A DNA stretch of 64,000 bases from Hypanus sabinus (Eukaryota), in the NCBI RefSeq assembly GCF_030144855.1, contig NC_082731.1:26164001-26228000 (forward strand), in the 5' to 3' direction. Shown here piece by piece: positions 63,348 through 64,000 of the stretch (its first letter is position 1; each line of letters opens with the position of its first letter). The translations under genes and the position numbers were made by a program. The notes beneath the pieces were generated by a model. It was not told the DNA's origin and did no database searches. It saw only the letters and a program-made list of their open reading frames with translations.

Positions 63348-63575
63348 TCAATCACAAACAAGCTGGCTTCAAACAGTGAAAACCCCAAGCTAGTCCAAAG
63401 ACAAACAATTAAATATAATGGATAATTAATCCAAAGAGTAGTGCATACCCTCGAGAAAATACAGTCCACATACTAACTGAAAAAAAAATCTTTTTCTTTC
63501 GAACAGCCCCTGGTTGTGACACGATGTGCAAGCTGAGGGTTTCTTTCTAGAGCAAAGGAGAATGAGAGGTGACAT

Positions 63576-64000
63576 TGTGGCGGTGTGCTACGCGCAGCGC
63601 TAAAATTACGACACGGAGTCGGTAACTGCAGTCGAAGGAAAAAACTTTATTCGAAAACTTCAGCCTCACTTTTAAGCCTCTGTCAACCGGCCCCCCATGG
63701 CGAAGAGGCTCCAACGCTCTGTGCTCGCAAACCCCCGTAGGCTATCTAATTGTAAGTCGGTTCGGATACGCTAGGAAATGAGCCGCCACATAACCCCCCC
63801 CCCCCAGAACCGGCGATACACCCCCCAATGTCCACAGCCTGGGCCAGAACCTGCTTGGGAGGTCGGCCTCTGCGCCGAGGCGCCGGAAACTCGGCCGGTT
63901 GCGCCAGGTCCACATGGGCCGGCTTGAGGCGGTCCACCGTGAAAACCTCCTCCTTCCCCCCAACGTCCAGCACGAACGTGGACCCGTTGTTCCGGAGCAC
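63576..64000 (-). mobile_element. Young Ty3/Gypsy 3' end: 215-bp LTR (63576-63790), PPT and open integrase C-terminus, running off the window
   Basis: LTR has perfect 8-bp terminal inverted repeats TGTGGCGG...CCGCCACA; C-run PPT follows 63790; ORF VLRNNGSTFVLDVGGKEEVFTVDRLKPAHVD. Inserted in a CR1 fragment. Confidence 0.9.

Overview
This is vertebrate genomic DNA, most likely a cartilaginous fish (probably a ray or skate, inferred from the repeat families and the TCR sequence). The only host gene I can support is an intact T-cell receptor constant gene of the alpha/delta class, best read as TCR delta (TRDC). It lies on the + strand in three coding exons: 8390-8704 (Ig C1 domain), 9251-9301 (connecting peptide with the interchain Cys) and 10448-10558 (transmembrane region, stop, splice donor). 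A probable untranslated exon 4 starts at 11585. I found no intact V, D or J segment in the 8.4 kb upstream or the 53 kb downstream. Most of that downstream DNA is nested, mostly decayed transposons: CR1 and L1 LINEs, four Ty3/Gypsy elements, a hAT transposon, Penelope-like elements, Rex/L2-type tails and SINEs. The most interesting non-coding signals are: (1) a dense Myb/Ets/Runx/E-box/GATA cluster about 6 kb 3' of the TM exon, a candidate enhancer or TEA-like promoter; (2) minimal dimeric hammerhead ribozymes in Penelope termini, one of them intact; (3) a triple 246-bp monomer array in a CR1 5' UTR; and (4) two deletion junctions that fuse or truncate transposons. I do not see a clearly new biological system. 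All calls were made by eye, without database searches.
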